Part shown: positions 18,030 through 30,884 of the stretch, piece after piece
Layout: every line of letters starts with the position of its first letter
How positions within the stretch are numbered: the stretch's first letter is position 1
From: Trichinella spiralis
Lineage: Eukaryota
NCBI RefSeq assembly: GCF_000181795.1
Contig: NW_003526948.1
Coordinates: 3,402,014 to 3,466,013, forward strand
Reading direction: 5' to 3'
DNA length: 64,000 nucleotides
The notes under the pieces: model-generated
What the model was told of the DNA's origin: nothing
Databases searched by the model: none
Seen by the model: the letters and a program-made list of their open reading frames with translations, nothing else
Translations under genes and position numbers: made by a program

Positions 18030-18286
18030 AAATCTACCCCACCTCAGACAAGTGTAGAAACCCTTAACGATGTTGAATTTTTATCCCAAAAAAGGTGCGC
18101 TTTTTGCGGTAGGAAGAATAACCGAAAGGTCGGCACTTGTTTAGGCAAGTGTGGAACCTTGTGTTGCAATGATCACTTCTACATCTTTTGTGAAAATTGC
18201 TGTCTGTCCTAACATGTCCAAATAAACGTAGATCGACAGATTTACAGCGTCAATTTTGTTGAATTTTTCGGCAAGTAAAGGCTTAA
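18030..18286 (+). mobile_element. piggyBac-type DNA transposon 3' remnant (transposase C-terminal cysteine-rich domain plus degenerate terminus)
   Basis: KRCAFCGRKNNRKVGTCLGKCGTLCCNDHFYIFCENC* (stop at 18212) fits the piggyBac CRD pattern. It is followed by AATAAA and by CGGCAAGTAAAGGC-TTAA (TTAA at 18283-18286), one base away from a canonical GGG-TTAA end. Confidence 0.7.
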
Positions 18287-18995
18287 AATTTATTTCACAT
18301 AATTATTTTTTAATGAAGATATATATAATTAATTTAATAATATTGAATTATAAAAAAACGTGAAATATCGATTTTATCTTCAGTACGTGTCCATATGTCA
18401 GTGTGAAAATCGAGAAGGTGGTCAGAAAAAGATGCGCGCCTGGGAGCCGAAAAAATGACTGGAAACTCCATTTTTGTTTCAAAAAATGTAAAATGGCGTA
18501 CTGCACTGAAAACTATCATTTATTTGGGAAATACTACAAAAAATAGCCTGGCATGTGAAAAATATCAATGATCAATGATTTTTCAGTGCTAATTTGGTTG
18601 CATTTGGGTCACTGAAAGATTTAAAAATTATTAAAATTAATTATTTCTTGATTCAGGTGTACATGCGGTTTTGTGATGTAGGGTTCATTCTACAACAATC
18701 CAGAATCCATAAACGTACATGATGCTTGACTCAGTAGAGTTGATGAACGAGTTCAGCATCAGAACGACTGATGGAACAAACCAGAAGAAATAAGCAGTTA
18801 AAAGAAAGAACATTTAATCATTATTTTAATTGATTGGGGTTATCCTTCTAACAGTTATTTATCATTTATTCTACTTCAGAAAAGGTAACAATGAAATTGA
18901 AGGTAAATCTTGCATGTCTTTAATTCTTACTGTTATGGAGTACTGTAGTTTGGTAATTTCACGTTTCTGTCGAGTATTGTTTCTTTAAAGCAGCC

Positions 18996-20256
18996 ATGAC
19001 TGGAACGGAGAGAAAAGCACTGAATGTAAATGCTTTATATGTTTTAATTTACTATTATTTATTACAAGGCTCCTTTTTTAGAAATACTATCCACCTGATT
19101 TTGATCCTCGAAAACTTCCTAAAGTCTCCATTCCTAGAAATCGGCAGTATGTCATCCGCGTCATGGCTCCTTTTAACATGAAGTATTTAATTACGCTTTA
19201 CATCTTATATAGATAATTTTTATTTAATATCTGATAATATAGGAGTTGCTTTTTAAACTGGAAATGTTTTTATTATTAGTTTCTTATCAAGTTTATTTTT
19301 AATAAAGGTGTTTTATTTTTAGATGTAACACATGTGGCGAATACATTTATAAAGGAAAAAAATTTAACGCACGTCGCGAGACAGTAGAGGATGAAGATTA
19401 TATTGGACTGTCAATTTTTAGATTTTACATTCGTTGTCCTCAATGTTTGGCTGAAATTACGTTTAAGGTCATTAGTTTTCATTGTTGCTAAAGTATGTTT
19501 ATGCAAAATTGAATATTAATTTTTTAGACAGACTTAAAAAACTGCGATTATGCAGAAGAGCATGGAGCTACTAGACTTTTTGAAGCAGAAAAAATGTTAA
19601 TAAATCAACTTTCAGTAATGGAGGAGGAAGCGGAAAAAGAGAAAGGCAATGCAATGTTAATGTTAGAGAAACGTACAAAAATGAGTCGCTTTGAAATGGA
19701 AGCACTAGAGAGATTGGAGGATTTGAAAGAATTAAATAAAAGGCAAGCAACGGTAGATTACGATGCACTCATTGAACAAGCTAAGGAAGAAGAACTCGCG
19801 GAAATTTTGCATCAAAAAGAAGAAGAGGATAGATATGTTCAGTACGTATTTTATTATTTTAGGTAAACAAACAGAAATTAATTTTTTACTTATTGTAGGT
19901 CCGTTTTTGAAAATACCATTGATAAATCTGGCCCATCATCTAGTTCTTTACTGATAAAACGGTTGCCAGACTTAAGCGATGAGGAAACAGACAAAAAACT
20001 GGAGACTTCTACTTTTGTTGTATGCAACTGATTACTCCATGATATGTATTTTAATAAAGTGCTTTAGGTTGAGAAAAAGCCAAGAATTTCAAAGCAGAAA
20101 TTATTTTTACGTGGCGTTGTGAAGAAAAAAGATACATCAGTAGTAGAAAAGAAGAAAACTTTTTCTCAGTTGGGCAACGATTCTACAGCGCCTGACACTG
20201 GAAGTTTAGGCTTATTGGGAACCTATGGAGGAGGCAGTTCAGACGAATCTTCTTAG
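18996..20256 (+). CDS. YJU2: Splicing factor YJU2 (CCDC94/CWC16)
   Basis: [24 protein letters not shown]...[31 protein letters not shown]...[33 protein letters not shown]. Stop TAG at 20254-20256. Confidence 0.96.
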
Positions 20257-20768
20257 GTGATATTGCTAATAATTATTATCTATGCTTTATATTGCTGTTT
20301 TTTCTTTCAAATAAACTATGATATTTGAAAAAGTGTTTTTATTTTACAGTATGTAAACTGATACTGAAGTATGTTTGGTGAAATGCCAGTAAAAATATTT
20401 CTGATTTCTTTAATCATTGGCGCAGTTTAGAAGATGCATGTATGCACTGTTTGCAAAATATTTATTTGATTGCAAATATTTGAAATTAAGTTAGTTTTTT
20501 AAAAATATGTTTTAGATCATTTTATGCATGTTGTGGTTTCTTTAGGTAACATGTTTCTTCTTGTGCGATAAAGTAATGTAAATGTAGTTGATGAAAAATG
20601 CTAATTAAGACTGGCCGGGAGCCAAATGAAAATAGTTATGCTTAGCCTGCAGTTATTGGATTTAGCTATCTAGGTCATCAGTTGGTTATCACGAACCGAC
20701 GAAGATTATTATGATCAATACTAAATTCCTTTGTTCTTGTTCATTTTGGAATTAAGTCGCTGTTAAGC

Positions 20769-22057
20769 ATGAACCCGGAATCTGAAAGCAGTTTGGTCAT
20801 GAATACTTCGTCATCGGGAAATTTGTCTTTTGAATTAATATTACGTCCACCGACAAAACATGCGCCTGCTAATCTCAGTTCCCCTTGTAATCTGAAAACC
20901 ACATTGCAAGAAATCGAAGGAAAGTTGAAAGCCGCTGAGGAAAGGCGATTGGTAAGTTAAAAGCAATATTAAAATGTGATTATGCAATTTAATTTATTAT
21001 TTCGTTTGTTATGAATTACAGCGCAGCATTCATTATTTTTCAGTCTTTTAACGGTAACGTTGGTAATTCTTTGGCTTGGTTGACTTTTATTTTGAACTGT
21101 TCGCTATGATTATATCATTGCTTCTATAGGAACGACTGGGTGATCAAGATCAAGACATTTATTGTTATTTTTTCAATTTACACACTGCAATCATTTTAAT
21201 TATTTCATTTTGAAACAAATCAATTGTTGAAGCAACCACATTAATTTTTCTTTTACACTTTTTGTGGCTTGTTGTGTTGATTAATTGTGATGATCAAGAG
21301 TAGAAGAGAGTGACTTATTTAAATAATTTGTCAACTTGTAAATGAAACATAATTTAAGTGATGAAATGAATTTTTTTTTATTTTTACTTTTAGCCGATCA
21401 ATGCAGTTTTTATATTCTTGTAGAATGTGGAAGCAGAAAAAGTTGAAAAGGCGAAAATAGAAGAGCGTTTGTTGGAAGCGGCTGAACGTCGAAAAGCACT
21501 TTTGCAGAAATTTCAAGAGGAAACGGAAAAAGAGATCCAAAATCGTGCTAAAGTGACTTCTTTGAACCGAGAAAAATTGTTCGAAGAACGAATAGAAAAA
21601 ATTAAAGATCATGTAAATATATTTGATTTATTATATTTTTTGTAACCTGCACTAGTGTAAACTGTATCCCATTAGGAGAAGCATGTTGAGGAGGTGCGTC
21701 GATCCCGTGGTAAACTTTCTCCGAATACGAAAAGTGAAATGGAAGCAGATTTGGCTTATGTTAAATCTCTTGAAAAAATGACCATTGCTGAATTGGAAGA
21801 AAAGCTCACCGAAAAGGTAACAAATCTTTTGTTATTATTTATGATTTATGGAAATCATCATTTGTAATTGCTGTGATGAACTTTTTTTTCTCATGATTTA
21901 ATTTGTTGTTTAGGACAAACTCATTGATGAAATTCAAACTGCTATGAAAGGTGAAATAGAATCTGGCCAGTTTGACGCAACCTTCAGATTAGCCGAAGCT
22001 AAGGCATATCGACGCATTATTTCAGGAATAATCAAGGAAAAGTCGAAATTATCTTAA
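20769..22057 (+). CDS. Stathmin-family tubulin-sequestering protein
   Basis: Four exons (20769-20951, 21424-21612, ~21675-21816, ~21914-22057). SGNLSFELILRPP...SP...TLQEIEGKLKAAEERR matches the stathmin signature, and NREKLFEERIEKIKDHEKHVEEVRR matches its C-terminal helix. Confidence 0.88.
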
Positions 22058-25000
22058 ACAATTGAGCATTTTTCTGATTTTTCAATTTCAATTTGTTTAA
22101 TTGATTAGTTTATTGATTTTTTTTGTATATTGTAATGCTTTTATAAATGGAAACCTTTTTGTGAATGCGTTAAGCCTTTTATTGGGATTATTCTGATATT
22201 TTTCATTTTCTTAATTCTACAACTTTCAGTATATATTCTTTTATCTTTCAACGTTTCAATTAATAAATTTTCCAAATGATGCTCTTCGTATATATTATTA
22301 AAATAATAAAATAGAATGGAAAGTGTAATTTTTCTTTTTCAGTTGGATTGTTTTTCCGTCTGAAAGCACGCTGAACTGATTACTTCAAATAGATAGCATT
22401 TGAAAAGCAAATCATTTGAATTTTCAAACATTTGTTTCCACTATAATCATCATCAATGAAAGTCGAATAATAATCGAAAAGCGTGTAAACAGCCGACTGG
22501 ATGAACAAGTTGGCAAATATTTGTTATTGCTTCTTCAGGTATGGATTACGGTGATTTTACGATGGACCTTTCAAATTGTGCAGTTGTTCGGTTCAGTTTG
22601 TCACGTGCTTTGCATCACTTTTGAACTGCAGATAACCATCATTAAGGTACGTGTTCAAAGGCTGGAAATGATGAATGGCAACGATGCAAATTATTATCAG
22701 CAATGATGGGTTGTTTTTCTATAATAAAATGTCGTTCATAATGCATTTTAAAATGAATTAATTATTGCTGATTGTTTGTTTATTTTCAATTATTATATCT
22801 GAAATGGGAAAAGGTGCATGTGAAAGTTTTTCTGCAAAAACTGAGGAAGTGAGCTGAAATCTGGTTCAAAAACGTTCTTCATTTGTGGAACTTGGGAAAT
22901 ATCATCCGCGTTTGCTTTTCAATTGCAACACTAGTTTGCTTTAAATGTAAAATTTGAATCTCGCTGGCACCAATAAAACTAGATTTTTTCATATTTCTGG
23001 TTATTATTTACTTCCGTATTTTGAAAGGACGCTTTCAAAATGTACACACTTCTGCTTTCAATTTACATAATTTCAATTTCTAATTTCTAAAAATTATGAA
23101 CGCTGATTTTTTCTCTATTAAAGCGGCATTTCTAGTACTTGTTAGCTTTCGCCAGTTATTTTAATTTAAGCGCGTGTAATTTGATTTTAAACATTTTCGT
23201 ATTCATTCCTCGAAATTGCAGTTTTCAGAAACTTTCTCTCATCTTATCTCAGCTGTTTCATTATTTAGTAGATGCTCAAGTATCACTGGAAATCTGCTTT
23301 TATTAAATCGAACAGTAAGTAATATCTAAAAGAAAAAAATCCTTTTACTATACAGTTAATTACGATCATTTTGTTAATGTCGTCATTATCATTAATTATG
23401 ATGTACGGTATTATGATGTCAGTGCGATAACTTAGTAATTTATCTGATTCATATATTTCTACTTTTCCATATCACTTTTAACAACTGCGTCAATGCGTAA
23501 GGAAAAACAACGTGCAAATAGTTTTCGAGAAATAAAAAGTTATTACTATTTTAAATGTTATTGTTCATCTAACACAATACATAATCGTTTTATTTGTACA
23601 TAAATCTCGTATATTTGTTGTTTTTATTTGAAACTTTTTACAGTTTTTCATTTTTAATTGAACATTTCAATGAGCATTACAATTAAATTAAACTTATAAA
23701 AGGATACTGTATGTTGATTTCAATCATGTACAATAGTTTTACTGTAAAGTATAAAAACAAAATAAATATTGAACAAATTTTGTAATAAACTTCTTAATGT
23801 ACTTCATAATAGCCTTGAAAAATAAGTTCGTTTCAGTAAGTTGTGGTGTTTATTTTATTGATTTATTGTTTATTTAAACGGAATGTGTATCTGATGATTT
23901 TTTCATTGTACACTTGTTTCATTCAGTATTCGCAGATCGTATAAATATTATATTTGAATTCGAAATTTGTTTATTTAGAATAAAAATATATGTGTTAGAG
24001 AAATGTTTTGTGTTTTCCACTGTCCTGGTTGTTATCAGCTATCAAAAACTGTTACAATCTAATTTGTTTAGGAAGGCGGTTATCTTGTTTATGACCCTGA
24101 AGAGTGACGTTTTACATATTTTTTAATACCATTGGTTCGGTTTAATTTCTTATTTCTGAAATATGATTTCGTCTGTTTTCATGTTGCGTTGTCGAAATTT
24201 AAAGTATTACATTTGTTTTTCTTAATTTCAATTTTTAATTATGAAAATCACTTTTGTTGATAATGATTTTCTTTGCAATTAAATGCTGTTAAATGATAAT
24301 CGATCAACTAATGTTACTGCATATATATATATATATATATATATATTGCTATAGATTATTGTATTTTCACTCTGTGCGCAGTGTTTTTATTCGTAATAGG
24401 CGGCGTAAATAGACGAACGAAGAAGCCTTAAATTGATAATTACTTGTTAATTAAATGCAAGCCCTGGTGGATTCCATCTGGCACTGGAAATTATGAATGC
24501 TTTTTATTTAGTGTATTTTACTTAAATTACTTGCCACAAATTATAAACACTGGTATCATGCTTAATCCAGTTCTGACACATCGTTTAAGCTTTGTGTGGA
24601 ATCATTGTCTTTGCAATAATACTTTGCTTGAATATTAGAGTTTTGTTCACTTCACGTTGTGAATTTAGTGATATTTTCCTATCATTATTTGCATTCTCTA
24701 TATTTTGGGGATTTTCTAACGCTGCATTTCATTTTATCATACCAGGTGAAGAATATTGATTTATGATGACAATCATCTTAATTAGTTATGAATGAATGTG
24801 TGCTATGTTGTCATTCTTCAGTTTCTGCATTTTGCCTGTTATGCGACTGCTTTTTCTGAATATGAAATTGAATTTCTTGCAATGTTTTTACTTTTTTTCC
24901 TAGTTAGATACTCCGCTTGATCTTATTTATGATATCTTCAGTGAAAACATTCCACAGTATTGAAATTTCGTTCGATACCACATCAGCCTTACTACTGCTG

Positions 25001-25396
25001 CATAACAATACTATGGCGAATTTGTTATTTTTCCAAAGTCTGTCTTTTATAAATTAAATTTTCATATTTAATTCTCTGTTTTCGTTTCTGATTTAAATTT
25101 TGTTGAAACATTTTTTTGAGATTGTATTTGAATTCGTTTCAATCGCGCTGTGATATTAATATAATTAATCACTTCCACGTTATTGTACAACTTTGCCTGT
25201 TAGTTTAAAAAGTATTTTTGAATTTTTATTTGAAATAAGTTTAATAAATGTCCAGCACAAATTTTGCGTATGAAGAAATTCTTGAATTAGAAATGTTGTT
25301 TTTGAAATGTTTTTATTCATTTCAGTATCCATATTGTCGGTGTGCTCAGTGTGTGAAGGTGATTGCTCAGACTGAAATTTCGCCAACTTCATAAAT

Positions 25397-28300
25397 ATGG
25401 AAATGGAAATGCAGAATTCATCGGTTTTTTCTGTAGAAAAATCGCAACACCAAGTGGTCATTCATCGTAAAGTGTATAACCTTGTAAGTGGTTTGAAAAT
25501 ATTTTCATTTCTCCTATTTGCTTCTGCTAAATTCAGAACATATATTTCGATCAGGTCAATTCGAAATTATTTATATTACTTGTTCAAGCGTTTTTGTAAA
25601 ACTATGTTCAATGCAATATTAATTCTATTTATTGCATAACTTGATCAAACGTCAACAATTTCATCTTTTAATACACTTTTTTTTACATTTTAAAAATTAA
25701 AAATTGTATAAAATTTGTTTGCAGGAAGAGTTTGATGAAGAATTTGACAAACGATACGTTGATCTGACATTGATTGGGAGAGCAAAGAAAACACTGTTGA
25801 ACATTTGGAATGAAGGGTTTTCTTTCTTTCAAAGATTGCTTTCCGCCAGATTTCCTTGCATTAAATGGCTACTTCAGTATAATGTTAAGAAAGATTTACC
25901 TACTGATGTATTATCTGGCATAACGGTGGGAGTTTTCAACATTCCTCAGGGTGAGATTGCATGTAGTATTTGAACTGTTGAACTATTCACTTTTTCAATT
26001 ATGTAGATCACTTGACTTGTAACCATGGAAAGTCTTTTTGTAAACATTAACTAGCTACGAAACCGAAAGTATAAATTCAACATTTGCTTTCTACAGTTGC
26101 AGAAATTCTACAGTATTCAATCGTATTAATTAATTTCAAGTTTATCAATACTACTTTTACATTTTCTTTTGCAATTTTATTTCAGTTTTTGAGGTTAATA
26201 ATATTTATGAACAAAGAAATGGATGTGCTATTGTTATTTTAATTATTTCACAGGTATGGCATATGGAATGTTGGCTGGAACTTCTGCTGCAAATGGATTG
26301 TACACTTCATTTTATCCACCGTTGATTTATTCCATTTTTGGTTCATCGAATCAAATTTCTATCGGTATTTTAGTCGTTATTATTGCTGGGTGATTGAATT
26401 TTTCATTTTTATTTTAACTTTTTCAGGTACATTTTCTGTTATAAGTTTGATGACTGCTGGTGTGATAGCAAAGTTCAGTCACTTTACTTGTAAGGATTTC
26501 GGTAGCTATTTTTCACACAATGCCACTGTTAGTACGCCTGAAAATTGGTTTTGTGGATCAAGTTCTTCACGTTGCACTCCTGATGTGAATGAAGTTACGG
26601 AAATTGCCATGTCCTTGGCATTCTTAGTTGGTGTCTTTCAGGTGTACACGTAGAAGCTGATTTTTGTTTGATTTCAGTAATACAAATAAGTTAATTATTT
26701 TTCCTAGATTTTACTTGGATTGATGAATATGGGGTTTTTATCAGTTTACCTCTCTGATCAATTAGTCGAAGGCTTGACAACAGGTTCTGCTGTTCTAGTA
26801 TTTACAAGTCAAATTCGTCATGTATTTGGCATAAAAGGCTTACCAGACACAGGAAATCCATTAGATATAATAAAAGTAAAAAATGTGTTTAAATTCAAAA
26901 TTGATTCATTTTAATTATTCATCATTTTAGTTCTACGGGTGCTTTTTTATCAAGATTGACTATTTTAATTGGTTAGCTTTGGTCATATCAGCGATTTGCA
27001 TTTTATCGATAATTGTTGTCAAACAATTTTTGGATCCTCCTTTTAAAAGATATTTCAAATTTTCTCTTCCGTTTGAATTGTTTTTGGTAACTTTCTTGAT
27101 TGTTTTTTTTGGAAATTTATTCTTGAACAATTTTCTTCTGTCAAGGTAATTGCAACCACTGCGATATCTTATGGCCTAAATCTGAACGAAGCTTATTCTA
27201 TCGATATTGTTGGCAAAGTTCCAAAAGGGTAAGAAAAAGACTGATTTTACAAGAACAACGCTTCATAACTTTGCCAATTGCTGTAGACTAGTATATCCCA
27301 GATTGCCGAGATGGGATTTGTTTCCTGAATTGGCGTCTGATGCCATTGCTATTAGCGTTGTTATTTATTCAATATGCATTTCGTTGGCAAAATTGTTTGC
27401 GAAAAAGCACGAATACAGATTAAATGCAAATCAAGTATAATTTTTTTAACAATTTTGAATTATTCATGTGTGTATGTTTTTTTAATTTTATTTTTAATTG
27501 TTGAAATCAAGGAATGGTTCGCCCTTGGAATGGTCCACTTGGGATCTTCGTTTTTCACTTGCCAATGCTCCTGCGCTTCACTTAGTCGAAGTCTGTTGCA
27601 AGATGCTCAAGGAGGAAAAACGCAGGCAAAATTATTTTCAAATTTTTCATGAAATGTAATTTTTAAAAAAGGAATTTTCCCCTTCAATTTCAGCTCGCCG
27701 GTGTCTTCGCCGCCGCCGTGGTTATGATCGTGCTTTTATTTCTTGCTGGTCTTCTGACTCACTTGCCAAAAGTAAGCAACGAATTGTGCTTATTTATTTG
27801 TTTCATATTAAAATATTTAAATCCATTATTATTCACGAAATGTTTATTTCAGTGTGTTCTCGCTTCTGTCATAATTGTTGCTCTTAAAGGGATGTTTTTC
27901 CAAATGCGAAGTTTGCCAAAGCTTTGGCGTTGTTCCAAGCCAGACTTTGTGAGTTTGCATTTCTATTATTTAAATTTTATTTTGAGATTAAAAATTTTAC
28001 TTATTTTATTTAGTTATTAATTTATTTATTATCATTATGTTTTGAATTTATAGTTAATTTGGGTTGTCAGCTTCTGTTCCGTTGTACTTTTGGACATTAC
28101 TTATGGTTTGTTGGTTAGTGTAGCATTTGCTTTGTTGACAATTGTTTTCAAATCGCAGTGGTAATTTTTTTTCTCATTTTGTTAATTGTTGAGAAAATTT
28201 TTAATTTTTCAAAATTTCAATTATTAAGGCCCGATAGCATTTGTCTTGGTCGAATTCCTAAAACTGAATTATATCGCGGTCTCAATGCTTATGCAAAGGT

Positions 28301-29328
28301 GATTTATTTGTTCTGAGCATTTTAAATTTATGTGTGTACGTATGCTTGTTGTTGATGGCAATTTTGCAGGCTGAAGAAATTCCAGGAGTGAAGATTTACC
28401 GTTTTGATAGTCCATTGTTCTTTGCAAATGTTGAAAATTTTCGTCAAAGACTGTATGAATGTACTGGCATTGATCCGATTGATCAAAAAGTTGCCGACGA
28501 TCTAAGCAAAAAGCATAAGGTATACAGTTTTACTGATCACACTTTTGACGAGTATTTTAGAAGGAATATAAAGTTTTCAAATAATAAATTAAAAATAATT
28601 GAAATTTACTGATCATTTGATCAGACATCTTATTTGGATAAATTTCTGCTGAAATACGCCATTTGTGTGAACATTTGAAAGGTAGGTTTTCATAGAAGTT
28701 GTAACTGCTTTTTTAATCGAATAATGAGAATATTATTTTATTTTATTTTTCTTCATAGTTATTTTGATAGTACTGTGAAATTTTCACTGATAGAATTTCA
28801 TTTTGAAAGCGTGAAATTTTTGAACAACATTTTTTAAACTTAATGAGCATTATTTATTATTATTATTATGATCATACATGTTTGTCTGTTTGTAGAATTA
28901 TGGCAGTATGGAGAGCCGAAGCACTGAAAAGCAGCCCAATGTTAATTCGTCGGAATGGCCTGTCACTGAATCTAAAACTGATGCCAGTTCAATAGTTGCT
29001 TGTCCATCATGTAGTGCTAATCTTCATACAATAATTATAGACTGTTCATCATTTCCCTTTGTGGATCTGATGGGTGTGGAGTCGATGAAACAAATTTATT
29101 TAGAATATAAAAAAATTGGTATTGCTGTCAAATTTGCTTACTGCAAAGGTAAGTAATACTAGTGATAGCTGTGATGATATTTACTCTTAGTGTATATTTA
29201 TTTGAGTATCGCTTCGTCAAATTCTTGAAAGAACTGATTTTTTTCAAACTGTACCCAAAGCACGCCTTTATCCATCTATTGAAGATGCAGTTGCAGTTGC
29301 TACTTGTTGTTCTTGTACATCATTTTGA
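25397..29328 (+). CDS. SLC26/SulP anion transporter (prestin/pendrin-like) with C-terminal STAS domain
   Basis: FPCIKWLLQY...DVLSGITVGVFNIPQGMAYGMLA, GLYTSF, ASLSRSLLQDAQGGKTQ, IYRFDSPLFFAN, IIIDCSSFPFVDLMGV, and last exon LYPSIEDAV. Stop TGA at 29326-29328. Confidence 0.95.
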
Positions 29329-29879
29329 ACAACTGTATTGGCAAACAGTTATGCACTAATGCCACAAGCATTTTATTACTACTTTTTTTAGCATTCCTGA
29401 GAATGCTTTTTTGATCAATGATTACGATGTGTATTTGGTTTGGGAAATTAGTTAAATTCAACTCTTTTACTTGTCAATTATTGTCGAGGATGCTACAATT
29501 CCAGAACTGATACATTTCAGATTATTGTGTTAAATGAAAAAGCTCAACTTGAAACAACAGGATTTCTGCTTGGCATAAAACATTTATGAATGAATCATTG
29601 TTGTCACATCACTGTTATTCAGTGGCAGTGATCCAGTCTGATGATTGGCAGTAAGGTTTTAAGATATGTATTTTTATATTTGAATTAGCATGCTCTGTTT
29701 CAAAGCAGATTATATTAATATTACTTCAAACGCGACGAAAAATGATCTTAAGTTAATTTGTACAACAACAATAAATGTTGCGTTTTACTTCATCTGTATT
29801 AATTGTGATTAATTTCAAAAATATGGCTCTTTTAACAATCCATATTTATCTAATAATACATCGAGATTCGAACACCGCT

Positions 29880-30261
29880 AACAGCTCGAAAGCTGCAAAA
29901 TGTGTCGCTAATGGAGAGCTTGCGTTGAAGTCGGTTATCGCCGCAGCGAATGAATGTGTTTTCGATAGAGCATTATGCAGATTTTGCCAAAATATAGGAA
30001 GTATGGTGTCTGTTTGTTTTTCGCAAGCACGCATGGAGAAATCTAAAATTAACATAATAGTAAACACGCAAACATGGATGACCAACTCAATGCATGTAAA
30101 ACACGATCAAGACGAATGTCGTACGGTAAGCTTAAGTAGCAGCATTGACGATGAAGTCATTCGCTGTGGCAGTTCACGTAGAAGGCGAATCACTGAAGAT
30201 GGAGATTTATTCGGGGGCTGCATGTTCCATCATTAGCAGTCAAACATTTACGGACTTGTGA
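29880..30261 (+). mobile_element. Decayed Ty3/gypsy LTR-retrotransposon gag-protease fragment
   Basis: ECVFDRALCRFCQNIGSMVSVC is a CX2CX4HX4C knuckle with H changed to S (29976-30017). In another frame, 30151-30261 reads MKSFAVAVHVEGESLKMEIYSGAACSIISSQTFTDL*, a retropepsin motif with the catalytic D of D(S/T)GA changed to Y. Confidence 0.8.
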
Positions 30262-30884
30262 CCTGTGAATCAAATTAACTTTGACTGAAAACGCCTGTAA
30301 ACGTGTCATCAAATGTGAGCTCAACATTTGATAGAGAAGAAAAGTAAATGCTACTATCAATTATCCAACAGCTCCGTGTTAACAGATATGCTAACTCAAA
30401 GTTAGCTGGTCAGGTAAGAAAACTTTAGTCATTTTAGAAGTGCTATTACTCCCTGAATAACACTGTGTATTCATGTGTCTGATATTGTAGTTCTTTATAG
30501 TTAATGTATTATGTTATTTGCATTGGTTTATTCACAAATGCACCGTCCACTTTTGAACTCTTTGCTTGTCTCATTGGTAGGTTGCTCTACATATGCATAT
30601 GCTATCGAAGAAATTTACATAATTGGCCAAATTACTTTGGTCAAATTCATTTTTATTTTTCATAAATTTTCAGTAATGAAAAGTGACAGAAGTTCAACCC
30701 ATTAAAAGTGAAATATTATTAAATGTGGGCTATTTCTTCGACAACAAATAGAAGTGATTAAATAGATGTTGAATGAATTTTATTCGCAGTTATTACTTCA
30801 GATTGATCATAAAAATGTTCCATGTAAAGAATACATGTTTCTAATTGCCTTTCATTTCAGCTTCTCGTTGACAATCAATTATAG

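Noticed and set aside
18715..18775. ATGATG...CTGA, a possible box C/D snoRNA upstream of YJU2
   Set aside because: Box C is imperfect, the span is short, and I cannot identify an rRNA or snRNA guide. Such motifs are frequent by chance.
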